Below are positions 15,560 to 25,794 of a DNA stretch of 44,320 nucleotides, in pieces. The notes under the pieces were generated by a model. That model saw nothing but the letters and a program-made list of their open reading frames with translations, ran no database searches and was not told the DNA's origin. Each line of letters begins with the position of its first letter. The first letter of the stretch is position 1. The stretch lies in NCBI GenBank assembly GCA_046756745.1, contig JBHHWX010000001.1:1-44320 (forward strand), written 5' to 3'. Position numbers and translations under genes: made by a program. This DNA comes from a bacterium (GTDB taxonomy: Bacteria; Zhuqueibacterota; Zhuqueibacteria; Oceanimicrobiales; Oceanimicrobiaceae).

Positions 15560-17797
15560 ATGCAGAGAAAACTTCTTATTTTCAGTGGGTTTATCCTGGT
15601 TTTATGCGTTTTTATGACCACCGGTCTTTCTCAAGTTCTGGAATGGAAGAGCTTTACGAATATCGGCACGATCAGAGATATCGTCATTGGCAACGGCAGC
15701 GTTTGGAGTGGTTCGAATGGCGGAGCTATAGAATTTCAACTCGAGAATGAAACGATAAACACGTTTTCCAACACGGAAGGACTTGCTTCGAACCAGGTCG
15801 TTGCGGTTGAAATCGACCAACACGGCACAGTTTGGTTTGCCCTTTTTGACGGCAGGCTGAATCGTTATTTCCCCGACACCGGAGAGTGGGATGTAATCGT
15901 GGATTATCTGGACCAAATAATCACCGATCTGGTATCGTTTGGAGATTCCCTTTACGTGGGACTCGATATCGGCGTCAGTCTTTATACGATAGACAAACAG
16001 GAAGTAAAGGAGACGTATGTCAATTTTGGTTTGTCGGGTGGGGCCTTGGAGAAAATCGGCGCGAACTCGGTTTTTATCGACGGGTTAGATATCTGGGTGG
16101 CGACGGACAAAGGCATCGCACAATCTTCGTTAAGCTTTTCGAATTTGCAAGCTCCGGCTAATTGGAATCAATACGATACCGGCGACGGCCTGCCCAGCAA
16201 TACCGTGAACAAAGTAATCGTGCTGGAATCCGTGCCTTTTGCTGCGACGACGGCCGGTGTTTCCCGGCTCAACGGTGGCGTGTGGGAAAATGTCGGAAAT
16301 TTAAACGCAAACGCCGCCGCCCTCGAAATCGTCGCCGCCAACGAATTCTTTCCGCAGCGAACGCTGGTGACGTTTACGAGCTCCGGTGTTTTTTGGCTCA
16401 ATCCTGCGGGCCAGTGGCTCCGGTTGGGTTCCAGTCTTTTCGATGTGAGCGCACTCAACAGCGACGACGCCGGAAATGTGTGGATTGGCCGGAAAGAGAA
16501 AGGACTCGCGCAGTTTGATTTTGCCGGTGGAGTCTGGATATTGCACGAGACCAATAGTCCGGGCAGCAACAATTTTAAAAGCCTCACCTTGGACTCCAAG
16601 GGACGACTGTGGGCTGCCTCTGAACAAAGCGCCGGTCAGTCTGGCGGAATCCAGATGTTTGACCGGGAACAGTGGCGCCATTTTACCAAGGCGGATGGTT
16701 TGAAAAGTGAAGATCAACGCACTGTGATTGAAGACTCTGCCGGCAGAATTGTTTTTGGGAGCTGGGGGGGAGGCATGACGGTCTTTGAAGAGAGCGGTAA
16801 CGGGTTTGAGATCATGCAAATCGACACGACAGGAGGACTCCTTGCCGGTTCCGTGACACCCGGGTTTGTGCTCGTGAACGACTTGGCTTTAGACCCGTCA
16901 GGAAATATTTGGGCGCTCAATCGTCAAGCCAATAACACACGTGTTCTTGTGGCTTTTACCCCGGATGGCCAGGTCGTCCATTTTTCTACGAATGAAGGCC
17001 TTCTCACGCCCTTTGTCCTTGCCGTTGAAGTTGACCGGGCCGGGCGGATATGGATTGGAACCGAGGATCGCGGTATCAAAGTTTTGGATTATAAAGGAAC
17101 GTTATTTGACAAAAACGACGATGATTTCACCCAGGGGCTCAACCGCAACGAAGGACTGAACTCGAATAAGATCACAGCCCTGGTTGAGGACAAAGAGGGA
17201 ATCATTTGGATAGGGAGTGAAGATGGCGTTAATTTTTGGCTTGGAGGTCAGCCGCAAAGGCAGGGTGGTCTGATCAACGAGTTTGTGAATACCATCGGCG
17301 TCGATGGACAAAACAACAAATGGTTTGGGACCGCAGGCGGCGTGACTGTTTTGAGCAGCGATGGCGTGACCTTGACACAGTACACCACCGGCAACAGCCC
17401 GCTTGTGAGTGGAGACGTTCAATCTTTTGCTTTTAACGAAGATACCGGCGAAGTTTGGATCGGGACGACAAACGGGCTGTCCAGGCTGCAAACGCCGTTC
17501 ACTGCGCCCAAAGAAGACCTCAGTCTTTTGACCGGGTATCCAAATCCATTTATTCTCGAGGCCGCCGGCCGGGTCTTTACGATTACCAATCTATCGCAAA
17601 ATACCAGCGTTGTTATTTATAGCTCCGCCGGTGTTCGCATCCGCTCTTATCAAACCTCCGATATTCAAGGGGCGCAAGTTTTCTGGGATGGCCGGGATGA
17701 GGACGGAAATCTGGTGTCAAGCGGCATATTTGTTTTTCTGGCTTACACCGGGGGCAATGTATCGGCAACCGGGAAAGTTGCCGTGATCAAGCGGTAA
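15560..17797 (+). CDS. Secreted two-component-regulator-propeller (Reg_prop) repeat protein with FlgD-Ig/T9SS-like C-terminal domain
   Basis: Signal peptide MQRKLLIFSGFILVLCVF. Repeated units of the form GL.SN.V..(5)D..G..W.GT..G. The C-terminal stretch GYPNPF...VIYSSAGVRIRS...FWDGRDEDGNLVSSGIFVF is sorting-domain-like. ATG 15560 is preferred, because the ORF-track start 15470 lies in the repeat arm. Confidence 0.8.
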   Translation: MQRKLLIFSGFILVLCVFMTTGLSQVLEWKSFTNIGTIRDIVIGNGSVWSGSNGGAIEFQLENETINTFSNTEGLASNQVVAVEIDQHGTVWFALFDGRLNRYFPDTGEWDVIVDYLDQIITDLVSFGDSLYVGLDIGVSLYTIDKQEVKETYVNFGLSGGALEKIGANSVFIDGLDIWVATDKGIAQSSLSFSNLQAPANWNQYDTGDGLPSNTVNKVIVLESVPFAATTAGVSRLNGGVWENVGNLNANAAALEIVAANEFFPQRTLVTFTSSGVFWLNPAGQWLRLGSSLFDVSALNSDDAGNVWIGRKEKGLAQFDFAGGVWILHETNSPGSNNFKSLTLDSKGRLWAASEQSAGQSGGIQMFDREQWRHFTKADGLKSEDQRTVIEDSAGRIVFGSWGGGMTVFEESGNGFEIMQIDTTGGLLAGSVTPGFVLVNDLALDPSGNIWALNRQANNTRVLVAFTPDGQVVHFSTNEGLLTPFVLAVEVDRAGRIWIGTEDRGIKVLDYKGTLFDKNDDDFTQGLNRNEGLNSNKITALVEDKEGIIWIGSEDGVNFWLGGQPQRQGGLINEFVNTIGVDGQNNKWFGTAGGVTVLSSDGVTLTQYTTGNSPLVSGDVQSFAFNEDTGEVWIGTTNGLSRLQTPFTAPKEDLSLLTGYPNPFILEAAGRVFTITNLSQNTSVVIYSSAGVRIRSYQTSDIQGAQVFWDGRDEDGNLVSSGIFVFLAYTGGNVSATGKVAVIKR

Positions 17798-17828
17798 AAA
17801 ATCTGTCATCTATGTATCGTTTTCGACC

Positions 17829-19541
17829 ATGCTAAAATCTCTGTATGTAAAAAACTATGCTTTACTTTCTGAAATTGAGATTGAATTCGGTCCGGGCTTT
17901 AATATTTTAACCGGTGAAACCGGCGCTGGAAAATCCATCATTATCGGCGCGCTCGGAACCATCCTCGGAGAGCGCGTAGATATGAGCATGTTACGCCCTG
18001 GAAGCGCAAAAGCGGTGATCGAAGGTGTTTTTACGTTCTCTCAAGGCCAGCAACAATTGCGGCAGTTTTTACATCAGCACGAGTTGTCGCAAGAAGACGA
18101 CCAGTTGATCTTACGTCGCGAAATTTATGACAATTCCCGTTCGCGCGCTTTTATCAACGATTCACCGGTTCAACTTTCTGTTTTGCAACAGGTCAGCGAC
18201 AGGCTTGTGGATCTTCACGGCCAACACGAGCACCAGTCACTCCTTAAAGTTCAAAACCATCTTTCCTTTCTCGACGAATACGGCGATTTTGCTGCGGAGC
18301 AGAAGCGGGTCTTTGAGAAGTACAAAGAATTACAAGAAATGCATTCGAAATTGAACGAATTGCAGAAGCAGCAAAAAAGCGTGGCAGAAAAACGGGAGCT
18401 GTACTCGTTCCAAATTCAAGAGATTGATAAGGTCAACCCTTCGATGGATGAAGAAGAAATTCTTTTGAAGGAAGAAAAAGTTGTGCGTAATAGTGAACGT
18501 CTCTTTGGTTTGACCGATGAACTTTATAAATTGCTTTACGAAGATGAACATTCGGCGTATGATATTCTCAGCCGCGTCGATAACAGGTTTCAGGAGCTTC
18601 ACGAAATTGATGAAAGTTTTAATGGTTACTTACGGGAGTTGAATAGCGCGCGAATCACGATAGAAGAAGTGTCAAAGTTCTTACAGAGCTATAAATCAAA
18701 AATTGAATTCAATCCGCAGCGTATAGAAGACATACAGAACAGAATATCTGAGTTGTCCGGTTTAAGAAAAAAGTTTGGCACGTCGATTCATGAGATAATA
18801 AAACACAAAGAGGAGCTCAAATCCGAACTTGCGAATTTAGAAAACATCGACCTGAGCGTGAATGATCTCTCAAAGGACATCGCAGCAGAGAAAAAGCTTT
18901 TTTCCGAATTATGTTTGGACTTGAGCCGGAAACGCAAACAGGCTGCCGAGAAACTACAGGTACGCATCCCCGAAATTCTCATGACCTTAGGAATGTCTAA
19001 CGCACGTTTCAAAGTCGCACTCGAGTATCAAGATGATCCATTTGGGTGGGTATGCTTTCAAGACAAGAACTTCTATCGTGCTTCTGAATCTGGCATAGAT
19101 TTTGCTGAATTCATGATGTCCGCCAATAAAGGAGTTGACTTACGGCCTCTGGCAAAGGTCGCTTCAGGGGGAGAAATTTCGAGGATTATGCTTGCATTGA
19201 AGTCCGTTTTAGCAAACCAGGGTCGTATTCCTGTTTTAATTTTTGATGAAATCGATAGCGGTGTTTCAGGAAGAGTCGCCCAATCGGTTGGACGCAAACT
19301 CAAAGATTTGTCAAGATTTCACCAAGTGATTTGTATCACCCATCTTCCACAAATTGCAAGCTTAGGCGAACATCATTTTTCTGTTGTCAAGAGGGAACAA
19401 AATGCAGAGACTGAAATTTCAATAAATAAACTCGGTCCGGATGAAAGAACCGCAGAAATCGCAAAACTGTTAGCCGGAGAAAAAGTCTCCGAGGCTCATT
19501 TGAACAGCGCTCGTGAATTATTGCAAGAAGCAGTATCTTAA
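17829..19541 (+). CDS. recN: DNA repair protein RecN
   Basis: Walker A GETGAGKS, a long coiled-coil middle section, the ASGGEISR signature, and Walker B LIFDEIDSG; 570 aa. Confidence 0.93.
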   Translation: MLKSLYVKNYALLSEIEIEFGPGFNILTGETGAGKSIIIGALGTILGERVDMSMLRPGSAKAVIEGVFTFSQGQQQLRQFLHQHELSQEDDQLILRREIYDNSRSRAFINDSPVQLSVLQQVSDRLVDLHGQHEHQSLLKVQNHLSFLDEYGDFAAEQKRVFEKYKELQEMHSKLNELQKQQKSVAEKRELYSFQIQEIDKVNPSMDEEEILLKEEKVVRNSERLFGLTDELYKLLYEDEHSAYDILSRVDNRFQELHEIDESFNGYLRELNSARITIEEVSKFLQSYKSKIEFNPQRIEDIQNRISELSGLRKKFGTSIHEIIKHKEELKSELANLENIDLSVNDLSKDIAAEKKLFSELCLDLSRKRKQAAEKLQVRIPEILMTLGMSNARFKVALEYQDDPFGWVCFQDKNFYRASESGIDFAEFMMSANKGVDLRPLAKVASGGEISRIMLALKSVLANQGRIPVLIFDEIDSGVSGRVAQSVGRKLKDLSRFHQVICITHLPQIASLGEHHFSVVKREQNAETEISINKLGPDERTAEIAKLLAGEKVSEAHLNSARELLQEAVS

Positions 19542-19544
19542 TGT

Positions 19545-20822
19545 TTGGAAGATACGTGTCACGTGGATAAAATAGTCATAAACGGCCCTAATGAACTGAG
19601 AGGGAAAGTCGCTATCAGCGGTGCCAAGAATGCGGTGCTGCCGATTATGGCGGCAACGCTGCTTGCATCGGGACAGTTTGAGATTAGCAATGTACCCGAT
19701 TTGAGAGATGTGAAAACCATGGCGCACCTTCTGCGCATTGTCGGTGCAAGGGTTGATTTTTCTGATCACACCTTGAGAATTGATACGAGAAACTGTAATT
19801 TTTTTGAAGCTCCGTATGAATTGGTCAAAACGATGCGAGCTTCCGTTTATGTTTTGGGTCCTTTAGTCGGACGATTCGGGGAAGCTAAGGTTTCCCTGCC
19901 AGGCGGCTGCGCGATTGGGACTCGCCCCATTGATTTACACATCAACGGTTTAAAAAAGCTTGGGGCGGAAATAACTTTAAAAAGTGGTTATGTCATTGCT
20001 CATGCCAAGAAACTCAACGGTGCACAGATAAATTTTGACTTCTCGAGTGTTGGCGCAACCGGAAATGTGCTCATGGCGTCTGTTTTGGCAAGCGGTCGCA
20101 CGGTCATCGAAAATGCTGCTCGTGAACCGGAAGTCACGAACTTGGCGAACTTCTTAGTTGCAATGGGAGCGGATATTTCGGGAATCGGGACAAACCGGCT
20201 GCAAATCACTGGCGTCCAGAAATTAGTTGCAACAGATTTTGATGTCATCCCTGACCGTATTGAGATGGGAACGTTCCTGATTGCAGGCGCTATCACAGGC
20301 GGCGAAATTGAGTTGAATTCGGTTCAACCCGGGTTGGTAGGAAGCCTGCTCGGGAAATTAAAAGAATCAGGAGTTTATATTGAAGAAGGCGCCTCGACGA
20401 TTTACTGCAAAGCTCCACCCCGGGTGCAGTCGGTTAATATTACCACCTCTTCTTATCCGGGATTTCCGACAGATTTGCAAGCACAGTGGATGGCGCTTAT
20501 GTGCTTTGCACAAGGCAGCAGCGTCATGACCGATAATATATTTGTCGATAGATTTATGCACGTGGCAGAATTACGGCGTCTGGGGGCAGAAATAAAACTG
20601 AATGAGAACGTGGCAGTCGTCGCTGGGGGCAGCGATCTCAACGGCGCTCAGGTGATGTCTACAGACTTAAGAGCCAGCGCTTGTTTAATTTTGGCAGGCC
20701 TCAAGTCGCAAGGTCGCACCGAAATTTTGCGAGTGTATCATTTAGATCGGGGTTATGAGTCTATTGAAAAAAAATTACAGGCGCTTGGGGCAGATATTCG
20801 GCGTGAAGAGGGGGGATACTAA
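19545..20822 (+). CDS. murA: UDP-N-acetylglucosamine 1-carboxyvinyltransferase
   Basis: ISGAKNAVLPIM and the catalytic Cys loop LPGGCAIGTRPIDLH. Start is TTG 19545 or, more likely, GTG 19563. Confidence 0.93.
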   Translation: MEDTCHVDKIVINGPNELRGKVAISGAKNAVLPIMAATLLASGQFEISNVPDLRDVKTMAHLLRIVGARVDFSDHTLRIDTRNCNFFEAPYELVKTMRASVYVLGPLVGRFGEAKVSLPGGCAIGTRPIDLHINGLKKLGAEITLKSGYVIAHAKKLNGAQINFDFSSVGATGNVLMASVLASGRTVIENAAREPEVTNLANFLVAMGADISGIGTNRLQITGVQKLVATDFDVIPDRIEMGTFLIAGAITGGEIELNSVQPGLVGSLLGKLKESGVYIEEGASTIYCKAPPRVQSVNITTSSYPGFPTDLQAQWMALMCFAQGSSVMTDNIFVDRFMHVAELRRLGAEIKLNENVAVVAGGSDLNGAQVMSTDLRASACLILAGLKSQGRTEILRVYHLDRGYESIEKKLQALGADIRREEGGY

Positions 20823-20915
20823 AAACGTCCGAAATTGAAAATTTTTCTTGAATTTAAGGATGAATTCATTAGATTTTATAGTGTTGTATGTTGTATTAGT
20901 AAAGGAGTCTTCATC

Positions 20916-21800
20916 ATGTCAAAAATAAAAAATGTTTTAGGTACGTCACTCATCTCATTTCTATTAGTGATTTGGGGACTATTCATGGTTTGCAGCGGCA
21001 GGGTACCTAACATGAATCTGGATGATGATTTTGCTTCGATTGAGGATGACTACGGAGATCGAGAAAGAACGGACTTAATAGAACAGCTTGCCATGCTGGA
21101 TGAAGAGTCGACGAATTTAGAAGACAATCAACGAGCTGAGATTCTCGAAGCTCTTGGAGTCGATCCCGAGGGGGCGGATATCAGCTCCAGACCGGAAGAG
21201 GACTTTTTGACCGAAGAGTTGTTTTTGGATTTAGAGGTTGAAATTGCTGAGCTTGAAAAAATATCTCGAAAAAGATCCAATATGATCGATAGCTTAAATT
21301 TAGAACTGCAAGAATCCGATTACAGAATTTCAGCTCTCCGTAATATCGTTGGAGATGAGACTCCACAATTTGCATCCACGAAAACTCGTACCGCCCCCAA
21401 ATTAACGTTTAGTAACGGGACGGCATCCGAGTACGAATTATCCTACCAAACGGCCTTGAACGACGTATATGGCCGCAACTATCGAACTGCGATTACAAAA
21501 TTTCGGAGCTTGTTGAAACTGAGCGATTCCGCGAATTTAGCCGACAACTGCCAATACTGGATAGGTGAGTGTTATTATGCGATGAAAAACTATGAGACGG
21601 CGATTGCAGAGTTTGAGAAAGTTTTTGCATTTGAGAATAATAACAAAGCCGATGACGCCCAATTTATGATTGGCATGAGTTACTTAAAAAGCGGCGATCA
21701 GAGTCTTGCACAAATGGAATTGAGCACGTTATTATCCTTTTATGAAAAAAGTGAGTATGCAACACGCGCCGAACGTCAACTCCTGGATCTGAATATTTAG
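20916..21800 (+). CDS. YbgF/CpoB-like periplasmic TPR protein (coiled-coil + TPR)
   Basis: RBS AAAGGAG lies 8 nt upstream of ATG 20916. The protein has an N-terminal membrane helix, an acidic coiled-coil region and a C-terminal TPR triad (CQYWIGECYYAMKNYETAIAEF, AQFMIGMSYLKSGD). Confidence 0.6.
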   Translation: MSKIKNVLGTSLISFLLVIWGLFMVCSGRVPNMNLDDDFASIEDDYGDRERTDLIEQLAMLDEESTNLEDNQRAEILEALGVDPEGADISSRPEEDFLTEELFLDLEVEIAELEKISRKRSNMIDSLNLELQESDYRISALRNIVGDETPQFASTKTRTAPKLTFSNGTASEYELSYQTALNDVYGRNYRTAITKFRSLLKLSDSANLADNCQYWIGECYYAMKNYETAIAEFEKVFAFENNNKADDAQFMIGMSYLKSGDQSLAQMELSTLLSFYEKSEYATRAERQLLDLNI

Positions 21801-21822
21801 CTTGCATACCGGTTAGGGGTTC

Positions 21823-21845
21823 ACGCATTAGCGTGCTCTTTTTGC
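21823..21845 (+). terminator. Weak intrinsic terminator after the ybgF-like gene
   Basis: CACGC-atta-GCGTG stem-loop followed by ctcTTTTT. Confidence 0.35.
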
Positions 21846-21913
21846 GGTAATTCAAAAAAATAGCGTCTCCCATCCTTTTCGTATATTCCCAGCGTGGAGA
21901 AGCCGCATTTGAA

Positions 21914-22232
21914 GCTATCAGCGGTCAGCTAACAGCTTTCAGCTTTTTAGGGCTGCGAGGCTGTCCAAAAAGGGGAAAAGATGTCTTTGCTAGGAGCAAA
22001 GCGACGAAGCAATCCCCCGCTTTTAGGCATAAAACTAGGAGATTGCTTCGCTTCGCTCGCAATGACATTTGACTTTTGGGACCGCCCCATTGAAGTGACA
22101 CAATCACTTCACTCCAAATCAGGAGTTCTACCTGGAGTGCATCGACTGTGTCACTGCTGTTTTTTAAAGCTGAAAGCTGACGGCTGAAAGCTGTAGGCAT
22201 GCACAAAGTGTTACCCACAACATTTTGTGCAT
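21914..22232. repeat. Composite of nested palindromic repeat modules
   Basis: The outer inverted repeat is cagctttcagcttt (ending 21947) paired with aaagctgaaagctg (starting 22167). The inner hairpin pair is tgtctttgctaggagcaaagcgacgaagcaatccc (21983-22017) with ggagattgcttcgcttcgctcgcaatgaca (22039-22068). There is also a gaagtga/tcacttc hairpin (22093-22111) and the 13-bp-arm hairpin tgcacaaagtgtt/aacattttgtgca (22201-22232). Confidence 0.75.
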
Positions 22233-22326
22233 CATTTTTCTACAACCGCAATTTATTACTTGACTTCTATCTCAAAAATATTATTTTCATCTCTTGTAAT
22301 TTTTCCCTTTTATGTTAAATTAATTT

Positions 22327-25300
22327 ATGCCACAATTCATCCATCTTCACAATCACTCCCATTACAGCTTGCTTGATGGAGCCTGTAAAATAGACTCCTT
22401 GCTCAATGCAGCTTTAGAATGTGACATGCCTTCTCTGGCGCTCACGGATCACGGCAATATGTTTGGCGCTGTTGAGTTTTATAAGAAAGCGCGTCACGCA
22501 GGAATTAAGCCGATTATCGGTGTTGAAGCTTACGTGGCTCCGCATGGCCGTAAACAACGCAAATCCGACAAAGGGATTTCCGATACATCCTACCATCTGG
22601 TTCTGTTAGCAAAAAATAGAACCGGCTATCAAAACTTAATGCGCCTGGTCTCGATTGGCTATACAGAGGGTTTTTATTATCGTCCACGGATAGATAAAGA
22701 GGTTCTGGATCTCAACAAGGACGGTTTGATTGCCTTATCGGCCTGTTTGAAAGGGGAGGTCCCGTTCGCTATCGTCAATAAAGGTTACGACGAGGCTAAA
22801 CGACTTGCTCTGGAATATCGAGAGATTTTTAAAGATGATTATTATCTGGAGATTCAGAACCACCGAATCGCCAAAGAAGATACCGCCCGGGAAGGGGTCG
22901 CGCGACTGGCTCAAGAACTGGGCATTCCGCTGGTCGCGACCAACGATATCCATTATTTAAAGCGCGAGCATTGTTCTCCACATGATGTTTTGATTTGTTT
23001 GCAAACCGGCAAAGATAGAGACGACCCGAAACGTTTACGATATACCACAGACCAAATTTATTTTAAGACGCCTCAAGAAATGGTGGAGGCATTCCCGGAT
23101 TATTCTGAGGCATTGAGCAATACATTCGACGTTGCAGAAAAGTGCAACCTCGATTTGGATTTCAAGACCACGTATTTACCGAATTTTACATTACCAGAAA
23201 ATGGCAAGGCACAAAACTTAGAAGATTATTTGGAACAGCTTGCCTATGAAGGGGCAAAGCAAAGGTATGAGTCCATCACGCCGGAAGTCGAAGAACGTCT
23301 CCGTCATGAGCTTGGAATTATCAATAAAATGGGATATCCCGGATACTTCTTAATCGTGATGGATTTTATCAATTATGCACGGAGCTGTGGGATTCCAGTC
23401 GGACCCGGTCGTGGTTCTGCCGCCGGTAGCTTGGTCTCTTATTGTTTGCGAATTACCAATATCGACCCTTTAAAGTATAACTTAATCTTCGAGCGGTTTT
23501 TGAATCCGGAGCGGGTTACCATGCCGGACATTGACATCGACTTCTGCTACGAGAGACGGGATGAAATCATTCACTACGTCAAGCAAAAATACGGTGAAGA
23601 GAATGTAACCCAAATCATCACATTCGGAACCATGGCCGCCAGAGCGGTTATCCGGGACGTCGGGCGTATATTGAAGATTCGGTATGGTGAGGTCGATAAG
23701 ATAGCAAAAATGATCCCACCCATTCCCAACATGACCCTTACGAAGGCTCTTGAAGCCGTACCGGACATGAAAAAGTTGTCCGGTCAGGACGAAATTTACA
23801 AGCAGTTACTGGAATATTCAAAAGTCCTGGAGGGTTTGGCGCGCCATGCCTCCACACATGCGGCCGGCGTCGTCATCACCCCTGACGAATTGACGAATTA
23901 CACGCCACTGTATAAATCTTCGCAAGGCGATATCACGACTCAATATGATATGCGATGTCTCGAGGATATCGGCGTCCTCAAAATGGATTTCTTGGGACTG
24001 CGAACATTAACCGTTATCGACAAAACCGTAAAGAAGCTGCAAGAACAAGGAATTGATGTCGATATTGAAAACGTCCCTCTCGATGATTCGGACACCTACA
24101 AACTGTTTTCGAATGGCGAGACGGTTGGGATTTTTCAATTTGAAAGTTCCGGAATGCGCGAATATTTGAAAAAACTCAAGCCTCAGGTTTTCGACGATCT
24201 CATCGCCATGAACGCCTTATATCGCCCTGGCCCGATGGACTGGATAGATGACTTTATTCAAAGAAAACATGGCCAAAAAAGCATAGAGTATTTACATCCT
24301 TCACTCGAGCCCATTTTAAAAGAAACCTACGGCATTATTGTTTATCAAGAGCAGGTCATGCGAATTGCAAGTCAGTTGGCTGGTTTTAGTATGGGCAAAG
24401 CTGATTTATTACGGCGCGCTATGGGCAAGAAGAAACCTGAGCTTATGGCGGAGCAACGCTCGTTGTTTCTTGCCGGCTGCAAGGAAAACAACATTCCTCA
24501 GGATTCGGCCAATAAAATTTTCGATATGATGGACAAATTCGCTGGCTACGGATTTGTTAAACCGCATTCCACATGTTATGCGTTCATTGCGTTTCAAACC
24601 GCCTATCTAAAAAAACATTATCCAGCGCAGTTTATGGCTTCCACGCTTTCCAGCGAAATGGGGAGTACAAACCGGGTTGTGATTCTGCTTGAAGAGTGTA
24701 AACGTATGGGGCTCAAAGTTCATCCACCAGACATCAATATGAGTTACACCGATTTTGTCGTCAAAGATGACGGTATTCGATTCGGACTTGGCGCAGTTAA
24801 GAATGTCGGCAAAAATGCTATTGCGGCCATTGTTCAGGAAAGAGAAAATGGCGGTCCGTTTACAAATATTTTTGAGTTTTGTGAACGATTGGACTCCCGT
24901 CAAATCAATAAAAAAGTACTCGAGAGCTTAGTGCAGGCCGGCGCAATGGATTCCCTCGAAGGGCATCGCGCTCAAAAACTTCTTTCAGTTGAAGCGGCGA
25001 TGAGTCTTGCGCAATCCGCACAATCGCAGCGACAACGAGGACAAACCACGTTGTTTGATGAATCCGATACGGTTTTTCAATATCCCCAACTTCCTGTTAC
25101 AGCGGAATGGAATAGCTCTGAAACCCTGACCTACGAAAAGGAGATGCTGGGATTTTACTTGTCCGGCCACCCGCTGAATCGATATAAAAACGAAGTCACT
25201 ATTTTCTCGACAGTGACTTTGGAGGCGATCAACAATTTGCCGGATGGCACACGTGTCAAAATCTGTGGGATCGTAACCGAATGTAAGAGCATTCAGGATC

Positions 25301-25749
25301 GTAAAAATAATACGATGGCGTTTGTCACAGTAGAAGATTTTTTTGGCTCGATCGAAGTCATCGTTTTTTCGAAAGTCTATAACAACTATCACGAATTTCT
25401 TGGAACGGATTCTATGATTATGGTGATAGGCCGCACCAACATGAAAGATGAAAAAGATGTTAAAATATTGTGTGACGAAATCGTGCCCTTAGAAGATGTG
25501 TGGGAACGTTACGCAAAGAATCTTTATTTAACGATGGAATTAGCCGGCGTCGATGATCCTGTTCTGAATCAAATCACGCAGATTGTTCGTCAAAATCCGG
25601 GTGAGTGTAACCTTTTTATTAATCTAAAAGTACGAAACAAGTCCAAACAAACGATAAAATCAAAATCGATGAAAGTCAATCCAGCCCCTGATGTAATCAT
25701 GAATTTGCGTTCCATTTTAGGCCAAGATAACGTACAGATGGAAGGTTAA
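22327..25749 (+). CDS. dnaE: DNA polymerase III alpha subunit
   Basis: PHP-domain start (HLHNHSHYSLLDG), polymerase core (MPDIDIDF, GLLKMDFLGL-type block) and a C-terminal OB-fold; 1140 aa. Confidence 0.95.
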   Translation: MPQFIHLHNHSHYSLLDGACKIDSLLNAALECDMPSLALTDHGNMFGAVEFYKKARHAGIKPIIGVEAYVAPHGRKQRKSDKGISDTSYHLVLLAKNRTGYQNLMRLVSIGYTEGFYYRPRIDKEVLDLNKDGLIALSACLKGEVPFAIVNKGYDEAKRLALEYREIFKDDYYLEIQNHRIAKEDTAREGVARLAQELGIPLVATNDIHYLKREHCSPHDVLICLQTGKDRDDPKRLRYTTDQIYFKTPQEMVEAFPDYSEALSNTFDVAEKCNLDLDFKTTYLPNFTLPENGKAQNLEDYLEQLAYEGAKQRYESITPEVEERLRHELGIINKMGYPGYFLIVMDFINYARSCGIPVGPGRGSAAGSLVSYCLRITNIDPLKYNLIFERFLNPERVTMPDIDIDFCYERRDEIIHYVKQKYGEENVTQIITFGTMAARAVIRDVGRILKIRYGEVDKIAKMIPPIPNMTLTKALEAVPDMKKLSGQDEIYKQLLEYSKVLEGLARHASTHAAGVVITPDELTNYTPLYKSSQGDITTQYDMRCLEDIGVLKMDFLGLRTLTVIDKTVKKLQEQGIDVDIENVPLDDSDTYKLFSNGETVGIFQFESSGMREYLKKLKPQVFDDLIAMNALYRPGPMDWIDDFIQRKHGQKSIEYLHPSLEPILKETYGIIVYQEQVMRIASQLAGFSMGKADLLRRAMGKKKPELMAEQRSLFLAGCKENNIPQDSANKIFDMMDKFAGYGFVKPHSTCYAFIAFQTAYLKKHYPAQFMASTLSSEMGSTNRVVILLEECKRMGLKVHPPDINMSYTDFVVKDDGIRFGLGAVKNVGKNAIAAIVQERENGGPFTNIFEFCERLDSRQINKKVLESLVQAGAMDSLEGHRAQKLLSVEAAMSLAQSAQSQRQRGQTTLFDESDTVFQYPQLPVTAEWNSSETLTYEKEMLGFYLSGHPLNRYKNEVTIFSTVTLEAINNLPDGTRVKICGIVTECKSIQDRKNNTMAFVTVEDFFGSIEVIVFSKVYNNYHEFLGTDSMIMVIGRTNMKDEKDVKILCDEIVPLEDVWERYAKNLYLTMELAGVDDPVLNQITQIVRQNPGECNLFINLKVRNKSKQTIKSKSMKVNPAPDVIMNLRSILGQDNVQMEG

Positions 25750-25794
25750 TATTAAAGAGCATGGTTATTTCATTTTTAAGAAAGGAGTGAAAGG

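Noticed and set aside
16162-16819. Arg-rich alternative-frame ORFs inside the propeller-repeat gene (for example 16162-16518 plus, 16301-16819 minus).
   Set aside because: They are embedded in a well-supported CDS, have biased low-complexity composition typical of off-frame translation, and lack start signals.
19560-19570. gtggataaa (complement of a DnaA-box-like TTATCCAC) near the recN/murA junction, and a tatccac inverted pair at about 343-367.
   Set aside because: These are isolated sites inside or at the edge of CDSs. There is no cluster of boxes or AT-rich unwinding element, so this is not an origin.
21925-22218. ORFs 21925-22218 (minus) and 21981-22187 (plus) between the ybgF-like gene and dnaE.
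   Set aside because: Both are read straight through nested palindromic repeat modules. Mutually antisense ORFs across inverted repeats are artefacts.
7843-25749. Inteins in nrdJ or dnaE, which are common intein hosts.
   Set aside because: The lengths (817 and 1140 aa) are normal, and the conserved blocks are contiguous with no Cys/Ser…HN splice-junction insert.
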